Source: Aplysia californica (Eukaryota). From it: DNA of 64,000 nt. Shown here in pieces: positions 1 to 12,662 of this stretch (the stretch's first letter is position 1; the number at the start of each line of letters is the position of its first letter). The stretch lies in assembly GCF_000002075.1 (NCBI RefSeq), contig NW_004797314.1, positions 1,432,736 through 1,496,735 on the forward strand, read 5' to 3'. The translations under genes and the position numbers were made by a program. The notes beneath the pieces were generated by a model. The model was not told where the DNA came from, ran no database searches, and worked only from the letters and a program-made list of their open reading frames with translations.

Positions 1-358
1 ATAAAGACTGTCATTGTCATATCATTTTCAAGTGCTTTCACTTTAAACAAAGCTAGTAGGGGCCTACTTGTGCTGAACATGCTTTACATTGACGCCGTGG
101 TATCTTAACTTATGCGCCTAAATTGCTATTTGAGTTAATGGATTAAAATAATACAGCATTAGGGATTCAACGGTAACTTTTGGAACAGCTGTGACCATCA
201 CGGACGATGCTGGGTAGGCAAGTGTAGTAGTGTTCAATTAGCCTATTTTATCGAACGTTAACGCCGTATGGCTGGCTGCTATATATTTTGGTCAATGCCT
301 TGACTGGGCGTATATTATAATTCTCGGACAAAGTTCAGTTCTCTTCTCTGATCATTCT

Positions 359-408
359 CCCCGCCCCACATTTGCGCTCTGCAATTTCAGAGCAACATAA
401 TCGGAAGT
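359..408 (+). promoter_or_regulatory. Possible THNSL2-like promoter elements (GC box plus ETS-type CGGAAGT)
   Basis: CCCCGCCCC at 359-367 and CGGAAGT at 402-408, upstream of a first coding exon that is preceded by an acceptor. TSS unknown. Confidence 0.25.
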
Positions 409-960
409 AAAAGATGCAGTATAGGTCTAGTACACTTGTCGAAAGTCTAGTGTGTATACGTATAGGTGCAAGCGTCGCTGTCTTTAGGCTACTATATAGT
501 ATGTTGGGAAAACAAGGGAGGGTAGGGTATATAGTTGCAGTGTTACATTATTAATTTCAGCTTGCATGAGTCAAGTCGAGACTTCACATCGACTAGCCTA
601 TATTACATAGCCTATGGGTTGATGTGCAGTCAAGCGGTGCAAGTGTGTCAAAGTCAACGCAATGTGTTATAATTTAAAACTATCACAATATAAGGGCTTT
701 CGTCTGTGATTGTGAGGGTGAGTGCTATATATTGTGATTTTGTCTTTATTGTCAAAGATCCCTCACTTGTCCTCCTCCTCTGTTCCTGACAGTTGTCACC
801 AACGTGACAACCTGTTACATGTAGCCTATTATTAATTTATCACAGTATGGGTGCTGCATGTGCTTTGGTGAGACAAAACAACGTCGTCTGTACCATGTTA
901 TAGACCAACGGAACATTAGATCTAGGCTAACAATTATTTATTTAAATTACACCGCTCGTT

Positions 961-961
<1 letters not shown>

Positions 962-1038
<77 letters not shown>

Positions 1039-1055
1039 CGCGCGCGCGTGTGTGT
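962..1055. repeat. (GT)n-(GC)n-(GT)n microsatellite
   Basis: Directly visible. Confidence 0.97.
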
Positions 1056-1517
1056 CTTTTGTTTGTCTTTTATAAGGGGGGGGGGGTAAATCTACATTTA
1101 GGTGCAGTGTTATAAGTAGCCTAGGTGCATGTGCAGGAGGAGCTGAATGAGGCACCAGAGCTGTGGTTGTTCCGTGAGAGGAACGGTGAAATGACAGAGA
1201 GTAGGCAAACAACACTTTGTATCAGTTGGATTTCGCAAAGAAACGGATTCAAGTGGAATAAAGTAAAGTGTGCATAATCAGCATCTTTAAAAATAAATCC
1301 GAGTCTGGCCCGTTCAGAATCTATAGTAAATGTTGCATGTCATTGAAAGTAATGATATTGGATTTTCAGGCCCAGTAGCCGCATTTGTGGGCCCTCTCTT
1401 GCCTGCTTTTGAGCGGTTTAAAATTGTTCCTGAGTCAACTGACCTCGGAGAAGTGCGTTCAAAGTTCACGGCCCCTGTCCTGTGAATCACCACCAGCCAT
1501 AGGCGAGGAGTAGAGGG

Positions 1518-1567
<50 letters not shown>
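1518..1567. repeat. (GA)n/(GACA)n compound microsatellite
   Basis: Directly visible. Confidence 0.95.
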
Positions 1568-1997
1568 TAACTGGGCTTTAGCCTAACCCTGAGTGTTTCC
1601 ATTCTCAACAGGGAAGATTACATTCTCAAGAGTGAAGGTTGATGTCATAACAGGAAACAGGTCAGTATCGCCCTGGAAAGACATGGACTGGTCTCGCCCT
1701 CTCTCCTGGAGAATATAAAGGCCTGTAGAAAACTGTGCGATATCAGTGCAGTGATTGATAACAGGCCGTGGCCTTCTGAATCCTGTGGGTCTGTTCTCCC
1801 GCCATATTTTATAGCCTACGTTATTGTAAGTAAATGATAAGTGTATGTGAGTATGAAATCCTCATAGCATGTATGTTGGTAGTCTTTTCACAATATGAAC
1901 GTGTTAAAAAAACCAGTGTCATTGATAGGGTATCCTTTTCATATGGCTTCGTTTTGAAAACCTTGACATTGCATATCGTATGCAAAAAAATCAGGCA

Positions 1998-2171
1998 NNN
2001 NNNNNNNNNNNNNNNNNNNNNNNNNNNNNNNNNNNNNNNNNNNNNNNNNNNNNNNNNNNNNNNNNNNNNNNNNNNNNNNNNNNNNNNNNNNNNNNNNNNN
2101 NNNNNNNNNNNNNNNNNNNNNNNNNNNNNNNNNNNNNNNNNNNNNNNNNNNNNNNNNNNNNNNNNNNNNNN
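1998..2171. other. Assembly gap
   Basis: Run of N. Confidence 0.99.
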
Positions 2172-2548
2172 ATAACCACTTTCTTATTCAAAGCTCAAGT
2201 TAGCAACATCGATGCATCAAAAGAAGTGGCAGCTGCTGCAATATTCACAACCAAATAATGCTCTTGAATAAAAATGAAAGTATAATTATAATAGTGATGT
2301 TTGTTAATTTATTTGATTTCAGACAATTGTATCTGTCTCTTGCCCACAGTGTGGTGTGTATCTCAAAATTACCCCACTTGTGATATCTCTTTTTTGAAAG
2401 TTTGTAATCCCCCCTCATCCCTTCATGAATGTTTTTTTTCTTAAAATATGATAGGCCTTTGTGTATTCCTTTATTGGCTTTATGTTTTGCTGTTGAACTT
2501 GAACTTTATTTTGTTGCTCCACAGAGCTGACAGAGGTATTTGCTGACC

Positions 2549-2771
2549 ATGAAGTACCGAAGCACTCGTGGGGATGTGAAAGGTGTTTCCTTTAAGGATC
2601 TCCTCCTCTCTGGATATGCAAGCGACGGCGGCATGTTGTTGCCTGAGAGTTTTCCTCAAGTGTCCACCGAGTCACTGAGAAGCTGGGCCGGACTCACATA
2701 CGAGCAACTTGCTTATGAGGTGATCTCTTTATTCATCACTGAGGAGGACATTCCAGCAGATGATCTCAAAG
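2549..2771 (+). CDS. THNSL2: THNSL2-like coding exon 1
   Basis: ATG at 2549 (MKYRSTRG...DDLK). An acceptor cag at 2522-2524 implies an upstream UTR exon. Donor gtagat at 2772, phase 1. Confidence 0.9.
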
Positions 2772-5700
2772 GTAGATCTGAACTCAGGTTTTGATTATCA
2801 TCATCATCATTGCCTTTCTCACCCTGCACCATGATATGCCATGGACAAAACTTTCCACCTTTCTCTATCATGGGCAGGCCTCTTGATGTTATTCCATGTC
2901 TTTCCACTTTCCTGTGTATATTAATTTCTGTGATTCCCTCCCAGAATACAATACTTGTTCCCCCGAGCTGAGCTGCTTCTGTCCAGACTGTATCCAGTGT
3001 GTTTTGCTTTTACTCCTAGTATGTGCAGCCTTTATTTCTTCATCTCTTGGACTACTAGAGAACTCTTTCCTACTTCATACAAGGTGCGAACATCCCACAA
3101 TGCAATCCTGAGAGACTTGTTTGACAGAGAAGGTTTCGGGTGAGGAGAGTCTTTCAGGCTCTGTCCACTGTCCTTCATTGTTCCTGCTGGTGTAGAAGCT
3201 CCTACTCCCAAGATCGAAAAATAAAAAGCCGTGTTTGTCCGTGTTTCTGTAATTGACTGTTTTTACTGGGTCGGGTAGTTGACCCTCCGCAAACTGGCAT
3301 TTTTCGGGCGACCAGACCTATGCACCTTTAGTCGCCTCTTACTACACGCAGTATCATGGCAGGTGTATTCTTTGCTTCCCCATAGTAAAACTATGGGGCC
3401 CCCCCACATGCAGAGGTGTCAGGTTTTGAAAGTAATCTTTTATTGTTACCTGGAGATCTCAACCCACCTTTTTTATAATCTTGGAATTGATCCAGTGACC
3501 TCAGAGATGCAAGTTTCGCTCTTGACCTCAGGGCCACTGATGTTAGTAATCTTATATTAGCCTATTACAGTAAAATCTTTTTAGACTGTCCCTTATAATA
3601 CTGCAAATATGACTTACAACAAGTTCAGTAAAATCGTTTCCCTTGACACTGGGCTGTCAGAATTATTTAGCGGAGGCAGAGGACAACATTAGAGCCCCGT
3701 TATACTGCCAGCCCCACTATATAATATTAAATATTACCGATTATGAGATATATATATATATAGAGAGAGATTTTTAGTCAGAACACAATCTACTGTTACT
3801 ATTGTATTTTTGTAAACACTCAGAGCTTGTGATCTTTAATCGGGGTTGAGGGTTATATATATATAAATGTCATATATTATCATTACTAGATCTATAATTA
3901 TTATGGCCTACTATTATTATTGCTATTATTATTATTGTTATTATTATTACCATTAACTCCATGCTCGTCCCAAGGTTGGCAACAATGTTTGACTGTATTT
4001 CTATAATACTAATACCCTCTCACCATTCCTCTGTTATCTTCAGGTGTGCTACAGAGAGCCTTCTCCACGTTCACAGTTCCTGATGTTGTCCCCTTGACTC
4101 ATCTGGCTGATGGTCTGACAGTTGTGGAGTTGTACCATGGCCGGAGCCTTGCCTTCAAGGACTTAGCCATGAGCTGCATGGGCCAGTTCTACAACTATTT
4201 CCTCAGCAAGTCAAAGCAGCACATGAATCTAGTTGTCTGTGAGTACAATTTTAAGGTCATTCTAAGTGGGTAAACTGTAAACCCTTTCACAACGGTATGT
4301 TGAATGTGTTTGATACTAAGGAAAGAAAAAAAAATGTGATAGCATAGTGGAAGTATCAAATTTAGCATCTTTTAGGGATTGAAAGTGTGCCAAAGGGGAG
4401 AAAAATGAGGCTAAGGCTTGGAGTACTGTTATGGTTTATAGTGTGGTATTTTGTATAAGTTTATCCTGAAGCATTTTACAAGATACACAACCTCCATGTG
4501 GTATTTGTTTCAGAATTAAAGCATGCAGAGAACAAGCTCAGAGTTGGGTAAAGACATTTTTTTAATGTCAGTCTTTGTGCATGTATAACATAGATGTACA
4601 GTCCATGCTGGCTTTAAGCACGGTCGTCGGGAGAAAGCTTAAAAGTGTGCTTAAAGCCAAAGCGTGCTTGAGTGCAAAGTAGGCATAATCCCGAGGTTTT
4701 CATACATGTAGAAAATTTCCCGTGCTATTTCCCTTTGTTTGTAAGTAGGCCTATAGCGGTCACGCAAAAGTGTGCACTGTTATTTAGACACCCGCCATGG
4801 TAGTTTTTGTTCCCTTGTTTGTTTTTGTTTTGTGGTCGAATGGGAAATGAAAACTTAATTTAGACGGCCAGTCACCATACAGCACATTAGGTCTACACAC
4901 TGCCTGTGCGTACCACTGCCCTCTGTGCCACTCATACCACCGCCTTCATCCCACCTCGAGCATGATACACAATCAGGATTAATGGATAGCGAGGGTCAAA
5001 GGTGAAATCGCAGTCAGCCTCCCTTTCTCGTCTCCCCGATTCTCTTTGTATTTTTTTTTTGGTCGTGTGTAGCTTTGCCCTAGGCCTAGGCTAGATCCCA
5101 TGTCCGCGCGCATGGCTGTGTGCATCTGCCTTCCTCTCCGCCCGTGTGAGTGTGTGTGTCCATCACTTGCGTTCTTTGTGTTTCTCTTGACACACTCCAC
5201 TGCTGCGGTGTAGACTGTGTTCGAACTTCGATGGGTCATCATGAAAATATTGACTGTCTTGTAAATGAAGCGTGCTTGAAGCCGAAGTTACCATGCTTAA
5301 AGGCGTGTAATTTATATAGCAAAAATTCGGTAAGAGCCGTTTAGCGTGCTTGAGTCCGAAACGTGCTTTAAGCCGGCGTGCTTAAAGCCGGCATGGACTG
5401 TATTTAATTTATTCATTTGTACCTTACCAGCTGGTTGAAGTGAAGAGAAAGNNNNNNNNNNNNNNNNNNNNNNNNNNNNNNNNNNNNNNNNNNNNNNNNN
5501 NNNNNNNNNNNNNNNNNNNNNNNNNNNNNNNNNNNNNNNNNNNNNNNNNNNNNNNNNNNNNNNNNNNNNNNNNNNNNNNNNNNNNNNNNNNNNNNNTGTG
5601 TGTACATTGAGTTAATTTGAGAGAAAATTATAGAATGAGTAAGCGAAAGTATGAGAGTAGATGGAGGCCTATGTGAATGTAAGATTTTTATGGGTGGGGA

Positions 5701-8700
5701 AATATGCATGCACATGATACAGTTTTTAAGAAAGGAAGGAAGAAGAAGACAAACAGGTGGATATGGAAACAAAGAAGGACAGTAAAGTAAAGAAATAGAG
5801 ACATCTTTTCCTTTGTTTTGTAGTTGTTATTCAGCAGCCTTTGTGCAAGTAGCCCAATGCCATCCATTCGAACCTGATCTAAAGGGCACATAACACTATC
5901 ATTTGTATAAAAATTCACTTCCCATTTCCTCCCTTGCATATTCTTTAGCTTACAAAAACACAGTATAAAACAGCCCCCTGTCTAAGACGGCCACTATTCT
6001 CCTCCACAACGGGTGGCCATCTTAGAGTAGACAGTTTCAATTGTACTTATCTTGTTTTATGAACATTCCTGTGGTACAGGCACCTCGGGAGACACTGGTA
6101 GTTCAGCCATTGAGGCAGTGCGAGGCATGAGCCAGGTGGACATTATGGTAATTCTGCCTCGTGATCGCTGCACCGTCATACAGGAGCGACAGATGACCAC
6201 AGTTTTGGACAGCAATGTTCACGTCTACAGAGGTAGATGCTTTTTTATTTGTTATTCTAGCAGAATGTAAGAAGAAACCCTTCATACTATGAGTGGAGTA
6301 GTTGTGTCATAATCGAGTTTGATAAATTTGTATGAATAGATATAAGTGGGAGAACTGTAGAGATGTAGGTTTCATGCAGTTTCCTGGTAAGCAGTGCTAA
6401 AGACAACGCAGTAGTCTTTCTTGCATCTGATTTCATATTGCTTATATTTTCTATTTTGTGTTCAAAATAATGGCTTTTAATATTTTCCAGCCATCCCTAT
6501 GTATAATACAGAATCTTCCAAATTTTAGTTGTGATGCCCATTTGAAGATTTTCTTTTTGTGCAGCAGCACTGTGACTTTGCAGCACAAAATATAATTCTG
6601 CTTGGTAAAAGTCAAAGGCAAATATATCAACTCTTGCAAATAAAAGTTCTAGAGAATTGATTTTTTAAATGGTTTTGAATGTGATTTATTTTTAACTGTG
6701 GATTTTTTTATACAGGCATCTTCTGTCCGGATACAGAATACAAATCAAAAGGGATGGGTGTAAAATTTGATAGCAAAAATGAGCGTCTATAATTGTGTTC
6801 TGTTGTTTCCTTTTCTCTGTTCAGCTGATGGAAGTTCTGATGACATTGACATAGTTGTGAGGAAGCTATTTGCAGACACGTCTTTTGTAAGCACCAATAA
6901 TCTTGGCTCTCCCAGCTCTCTCAACTTTGCTCGGATCCTGATACAGCTTGTGCACTTCTTTTATACCTATTTGAAAGTGAGTTCCCTTAACAATAAAGTG
7001 TTGAAATAATAACCAGCCGTTTTTGTTTCATAATTTACTCTTCAGATAAAAATGTTATGCTTTACAGTATATTTCTGCTTCCAGTACGTTTTACAATTGC
7101 TTTCCTGTATGTAAACGTATACAATAGTTTTTCTTCAATAGGGCCTAATGATCACTTTGAGTAAAATTAAAATCAAGGTAAAATTTGTCTCCTATGTCTG
7201 TTGCTGTTGTGTAGCCAATTATTGAGTCTTGTTTTGTTTTTTTTGTTCAGTTGTGCACTTTTGTAGACAAGCCAGTAATTGAGTATTATTTTTTTATTTT
7301 TTCAGTTGTGCCCTTCAGCAGACAAAGAGGTTGAATTGATCCTCCCGACAGGTGGTGGTGGGAATGTGACAGGTCAGCTCTCACCCTCAATGATACTTGG
7401 GAGTATATCCTCTTCAAAACATGCTTAGTTATTTATAGCTTAACCTGTAAAATTTGTAATAAGCCTGAAATTTGGAAGTTTAAAACAAAATTGCAGTTTC
7501 TCAATCTGGAGCTCCCCAGTTCGAGGTCATCTGGAATTGGCCCACAGGTGACTTTGCCAGTTTGTATTTTTGTCAACTTTTAAAACGATATAGCTTCCTC
7601 CGCTATCCCACATTTCTTCACTGCTTTGCGTTCTCCTTTCCTCCCTTAACTCATTCGCTACGTATTATTTTCGGCTTGTGGACGAATTCTTTTCGGGAGG
7701 GCGAAATGAGATGATGACTAGTGCGCAGTTCGCAGGTCTTTGGGGCCATAAATTCAAATAAATATCAACATATTATATACCAACATTTTCAGTATGGTTT
7801 GTAGAATACACCTGCATTATTTATTTGCGTATTTTTCAACGTTGGTTCCTGTAAGAGGCGATTATGCAACACAATTGTGATTGGATGCGGATAAAATTGG
7901 AAAAATAAAAAAATTTATAATCTCAGGTGAAACTAAAAAAACATGTTTGCACCTAGTCAAATGATACCTCAAAATAACCATAACTGTATATAGAACAGGA
8001 AAATATTGAAAAATGTGCAGTTATTTACATACATTCCATAATATTTGTACATTTGGATCATAACATCCGATATTGGAAAAAAATAATTTTTAAAATAATT
8101 TTGAAAAAGGATCACAAACTGAAAAAAATACGCGTAACTTATATGGAATTATTCAGAATTGCACTTGGAATAAACCTATACATGTCTTGAGTGGTACTTT
8201 TTGATTAATTTCACCCAAAAGTAGTGATTTTGGAGAGATAAAAATATTTTGACTATTTAGATCTAGGCCTAGATCTAGCACTCAAAAATATTGATTTCTC
8301 AATTACAGTGCACCGGCAATTTGCGTCCAATAGTATCAATATTATAAAGAAGAGTCCTACACTTCTTTAGTGAGCAAAATAATTATACATTTTGTTGTGT
8401 AAAAGTACTAAGACTGGTGTCTGGGCTATAAGTTGGGCTTCGCGATAAAACAAAGTCGAATAAACTACGAAATCATGTTTCAAAACTGAATCAAAACTTC
8501 CGATTTTCGGTGGAAACGCTTGACCCGGAAGTCAACATTATATTATGACCTTTATTTTAACATGGATAAGTGGATTGGAATAGAAACCAAGCTAAAATTG
8601 AACGTCGGTTCTCGAGCCGCCGGGGGCGGCTTAACGTACTGACGGCACTTGAGCCGCGCCGCCCTCCACGGCTCGGCGTAGCGAATGAGTTAAACACCCG

Positions 8701-11431
8701 CAAATGCGTTTTAATGTTGAGTGTGATAGTTAATAATAGTAAAATTCAGTGGTCTCTGCCTAAGAATCTGATCATTGAAAGACCCAAAAAAGCATGTTGA
8801 CAGGTGTTTTTCAAGGCTCTTACTGGATCATATGTTTTATGATGGAATATGACCCAATCATGAAACAGAGCCAATCACTACACTACAAAAAGGAAAAGAA
8901 GTAATATTCTGTAAAGACAGCCTTATGTAAGACTATCGAACACTTTGACCTCGTAAGAGGAATGAGTGATCGAACCAATTGAAAACCTTTCAGCGATTGA
9001 TCCTCTACGCAAAGCTCATGTGTGTGCGTAAGAAAAGAGCTGTTAAATTTTATGTCAGAGCTGTCTCTCTTTCTCTTTAGCTGGGACAATCACCAGGAAA
9101 ATGGGTCTTCCTGTGCGGTTTGTGTGTGCAGTGAACAAGAACAACATCTTGTCCCGGATCATGGACGATGGTCAGTGCGAGCTTGGCGAGGTTGAGGGCA
9201 CCCTGGCTCCTGCAATGGACATTCAGGTGAAAAATGAGTTGTCAGTAGGAAGTTTGATTCTCTCCTAAATTAATTGCTACTTTTGTAGTTTAAGATCATG
9301 TCTTTTCACCAACTCCGATTTGTTTTGATTCTGTTATCGTATTCTTTGGTTGACATGCTTTGCCAGATGAATTTGATTTCCTGGATAATTTGTACTGAGA
9401 GTAATAAGAAGAAAAGTTTCTGTTAATTTCTTTGATTTGACAGAGAAAAAGTCTATTCCTCTAGAACCCCCAAAAAATTATATTGTTAAAAATAGAGATT
9501 TTTAAAATGGTGCATGGAAATATATGAAACAGATAAACTTCCCTCCTACGTTAGAAAGATTTGTCATGGGTGTGTTTTTAGACAGCAAGTTAAAGTCTGA
9601 TTGAGAACACTGAATATATGGTCCATCAAGGCTAACTGTTTTCAGATATAGGTCATGCAGCTCCTGAGGGTTAAGTAATTTACCAAAGCTAGCTTGTACG
9701 GACTCGGTCAGGCATCCCCTGATTAAGATCCATAGACATTTTTTTACTTTAACTTGTTTTGTGGCTTCTTCTGTATTTTTAATATTTTATTTTTGCGTGG
9801 GTTAGTTGAAAAGAATTTCATTGCTGACTCTGTTTTTTGTCTTCCAGTTTGCCTACAACCTAGAGCGTGTGTGGTATTTATGCAGTGGTGAGGACGGAGA
9901 TGCCATTAAGAAAATCATGGCCCAAGTGGACAATAACCAAGTCAGGATTCCTGCCAATATTTTGAATGAGGTAAGTTTGACAAAAGGGCTGATTTTTTTT
10001 GCTTTTGAGATAGACTGAAGTGTAGATTTTTGCAGCGGTTGTTACAGCTATACTTTGAAAAAAATCTCAATACTTTTGGAAATAGTTTTGCTCAGAATGA
10101 TGTGCAGCTTTTTTAGTGGTTGTTACAGTATAAATACTTTTAAAAAAATCTCTGCATGTTTATCATTAGTTTTACTCTTTTGTGATTTCTTGTAATGAAG
10201 ACCATATTACTCACTTGTAATTTAGTTATTTCTGATGTAGCTGCAAGGTTTTAACAGATGGAATTTTGAAATGAGATTTCTCAGTAAAGTGTTTTAAATG
10301 AACCAATACATTTTAACTTATTTTGTAGTTTACCTATCAATGATTTCTCTGGTATATTTCGTGTATCCTCTCATCTTTTAGTGAGTGAATTATTAATTGC
10401 CTAAAAAAATAGTTACTTTCTAGTGNNNNNNNNNNNNNNNNNNNNNNNNNNNNNNNNNNNNNNNNNNNNNNNNNNNNNNNNNNNNNNNNNNNNNNNNNNN
10501 NNNNNNNNNNNNNNNNNNNNNNNNNNNNNNNNNNNNNNNNNNNNNNNNNNNNNNNNNNNNNNNNNNNNNNNNNNNNNNNNNNNNNNCCCCCACGCCCGCA
10601 CACACATATAACAAAAACATCCAATGCATTCATGATGTAGATCCAAACACTTTCAATTTCAATGCTAGAAACAGAGCTTCATTTTTGAAAAATGCTTTGA
10701 ATAAATTTCAAAGAGCAGATCTACTTTCATTACTAAGTGAAGTTGTTCAAATTTTGTGTTTGTTTTTTTTCAACCTCAGATGAAATCCTTTGTGAAAGTG
10801 TACACCGTGTCTGGGGATGAAGAAATCAAGACAACGATCAGTCGCTGTTGGCGAGAGAATCAGTACAACATTTGTCCTCACACTGCTGTTGGAGTTTCTT
10901 ACTTTTACCAGAAGCTCTCAGATGGGTATGTCAGATCTTAAAAGCCAAGTAACATTCTATTTCTTTCTGACAGTAATTTTAGAAGTTCACTGGGCTATCC
11001 TTTGTGCTTTCTGTTATGATTTTTTTAAAATTTCATTTTTCAAATTTTTTTTTTCTCAACGAAGCTTCTGTGTTCCTAGAGTAATATAATTTTCCCTTCT
11101 TCTTTTTTTGACACATAACATAAAAAGTATTTTGGCTTTTCCAATTGCTCCAAACTTAACTGTAATCCTCCATCATACAACATCAAGTAAAGATGATGCA
11201 TTGAAACTACAGTCTTGCATGCACAACATAGTGGACATGCGCAAAGCAAACAAAGCAGTAGGTGATCAGAATTTCAGTCACAAGTTTTTTGTTAGGCCCT
11301 ATACATTCTTTGTATTTAAAACATGCGCATAGCTTAAACTATTTGTACATAGTGAAAAAATTGGTATCAGCAAGGGCAGCTCTAATTGAACAAGATGGCA
11401 GATTTCATTTATCAAAACAGTCATGATATGA

Positions 11432-11464
<33 letters not shown>

Positions 11465-12487
11465 GGGGGGGGGCAGGCATGGTAGGCCTTATGAGTGTCC
11501 CTGTGGCTTTATGCACCCTGCATAATTTAGCGAAATTTGATCATTTTTTTCATAATTTCTGATTATTTTCCTTTATCATTCTTTGTTAAAGTTAACAGAA
11601 TCGCATAATTTCACATTTTTGGGCTCAGTTTGCATAATTTAGGAATTTTTCTTGCGTAAAACGACGGAGACAGAATGTTTCTATAAGCTGAGGACAAAAG
11701 TGTAGGCCAAGGACGTGTTCACAAATATATCACTAAAATCAGCAGTAATCTAGCCTGCACTCTTCATTTGCTTGTTGGGAGTCTGTGGTCAGACCAAAGG
11801 CATATAGTTATATTGTATTTTCACCGCATTTGTCAGCGTGCTCCCTTTTGAACAGAGATTATATGCTATGTGACAGCTTGGTGGTGTTTTACAGATAAGA
11901 CTAGGTGAAAGAGTACAATGTTGTTGAGAATTGACCATGCCAGAGCAAAAGAAGTGGAAAGGCTTTTCAGTCGAGGAAAAACAGCAGAGGTGAATAAAAA
12001 ATAAGCATCAGTAACACAAATTTGCAGATCGAAGTGACTGTACTATGAACCCAACCTGCATGTTAATGTCGCAGAGGGGGCATAATTCATGTAAAATTTG
12101 GACTCAATTGTCCATCTCTCTTGTTAGTTATAGCCTGAAATTCAAAGTAGCGAAATTTACATAGAAAAGATTTCGGCATCTTGCAATATGTGTGCTGAGC
12201 TGTATTCTTTCACTTATATTTCTCAAGGATTTTATGATTTTTTAACATATTTTATGTTGTTGTCTATCAGCACCAACAGCAGTTCACCGTCTGCAGTTCT
12301 TGCCACAGCATCCCCACTCAAATTCCCAGAGGCTATCCGGGCATCCGGCGTTCCCGCTCCGACATCAGAGAAAATAGAAACTGTCCTTTCAGCTCCAACC
12401 CGCTTTGTGGATCTGGAAAAATCACAGGACTGGACGGAAATTGTGAAACAGAAAATGATTGAAGCAACCAAGAGCTATGGTTGTTGA
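2549..12487 (+). CDS. THNSL2: Threonine synthase-like 2 (PLP-dependent, fold-type II), complete spliced CDS, 9 coding exons, 473 aa
   Basis: join(2549-2771,4044-4238,6080-6232,6825-6976,7306-7372,9081-9226,9848-9970,10780-10925,12271-12487) = 1422 nt, all GT-AG, phases consistent. Motifs: MKYRSTRG...[23 protein letters not shown] (PLP lysine), [55 protein letters not shown]. No N-terminal kinase-like domain, which favours THNSL2 over THNSL1. Confidence 0.92.
3270..3540 (-). mobile_element. tRNA-derived SINE remnant
   Basis: Minus-strand head CAGTGGCCCTGAGGTCAAGAG...GGATCAATTCC (A/B-box-like); body has GTAAGAGGCGACTAAAGG, reminiscent of a conserved SINE central domain (MetaSINE-type, from memory). 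Confidence 0.5.
4044..4238 (+). CDS. THNSL2: THNSL2-like coding exon 2 (PLP lysine)
   Basis: ttcag|GT GTG...; [17 protein letters not shown]; donor gtgagt. Confidence 0.92.
4597..5402. mobile_element. Non-autonomous Tc1/mariner (pogo/Tigger-like) element
   Basis: TA + 24-bp TIR CAGTCCATGCTGGCTTTAAGCACG ... CGTGCTTAAAGCCGGCATGGACTG + TA (1 mismatch); subterminal GTGCTT repeats; no transposase. Confidence 0.85.
5452..5596. other. Assembly gap
   Basis: Run of N. Confidence 0.99.
5865..6045. mobile_element. Degenerate family A MITE
   Basis: cattcgaacctgatcta ... gggtggccatcttag..acagtttcaattgta matches family A ends and core. Confidence 0.6.
6080..6232 (+). CDS. THNSL2: THNSL2-like coding exon 3
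   Basis: [15 protein letters not shown]...QERQMTTV; acag| and |gtagat. Confidence 0.92.
6825..6976 (+). CDS. THNSL2: THNSL2-like coding exon 4
   Basis: DGSSDDID...[20 protein letters not shown]; ttcag| and |gtgagt. Confidence 0.9.
7306..7372 (+). CDS. THNSL2: THNSL2-like coding exon 5 (not in ORF track)
   Basis: [22 protein letters not shown], the Gly-rich PLP-phosphate loop; phase 0 in, phase 1 out. Confidence 0.88.
7646..8693. mobile_element. TTAA-flanked non-autonomous DNA transposon (piggyBac-like)
   Basis: TTAA-CTCATTCGCTACG ... CGTAGCGAATGAG-TTAA, perfect 13-bp TIR, about 1.05 kb, in a THNSL2 intron. Confidence 0.82.
9081..9226 (+). CDS. THNSL2: THNSL2-like coding exon 6 (not in ORF track)
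   Basis: [23 protein letters not shown]...TLAPAMDIQ; tttag| and |gtgaaa. Confidence 0.9.
9848..9970 (+). CDS. THNSL2: THNSL2-like coding exon 7
   Basis: [11 protein letters not shown]...ILNE; ccag| and |gtaagt. Confidence 0.9.
10426..10586. other. Assembly gap
   Basis: Run of N. Confidence 0.99.
10780..10925 (+). CDS. THNSL2: THNSL2-like coding exon 8
   Basis: MKSFV...[17 protein letters not shown]; tcag| and |gtatgt, phase 2 out. Confidence 0.9.
11430..11473. repeat. (GA)n plus poly-G
   Basis: Directly visible. Confidence 0.93.
12271..12487 (+). CDS. THNSL2: THNSL2-like last coding exon
   Basis: [14 protein letters not shown]...KSYGC, TGA at 12485-12487. Confidence 0.9.
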
Positions 12488-12662
12488 GAATTATGAAGTT
12501 CTTCTCTAAGTTAGCAGTAAAAAAGATGGACTGTCAACTTACATTTTTTTAAACTTATGATAGAAAACAGCTTACATATATTTTTTTATGAGTACCTTTT
12601 ACTTATATGAGATATTTTGAGCCAAGGTATATGATTTTAAAGTTTTGAAATGACAATTGTGC

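Noticed and set aside
62-80. Minus-strand ATG TTC AGC ACA A|gtagg as the first exon of a divergent gene
   Set aside because: Too short, and TAGGCC(TA) motifs are frequent here; not supportable without adjacent sequence.
858-1215. ORFs with CVCV/THTH runs (also at 46.8-47.1 kb and 56.5-56.9 kb)
   Set aside because: Translations of (GT)n/(CA)n microsatellites.
1834-2258. ORFs containing X runs (also at 5.4, 10.4 and 56.5 kb)
   Set aside because: Artefacts of N gaps.
11910-11935. GTTGTTGAGAATT match to the THNSL2 stop region
   Set aside because: Only about 13 bp, with no extension of the alignment.
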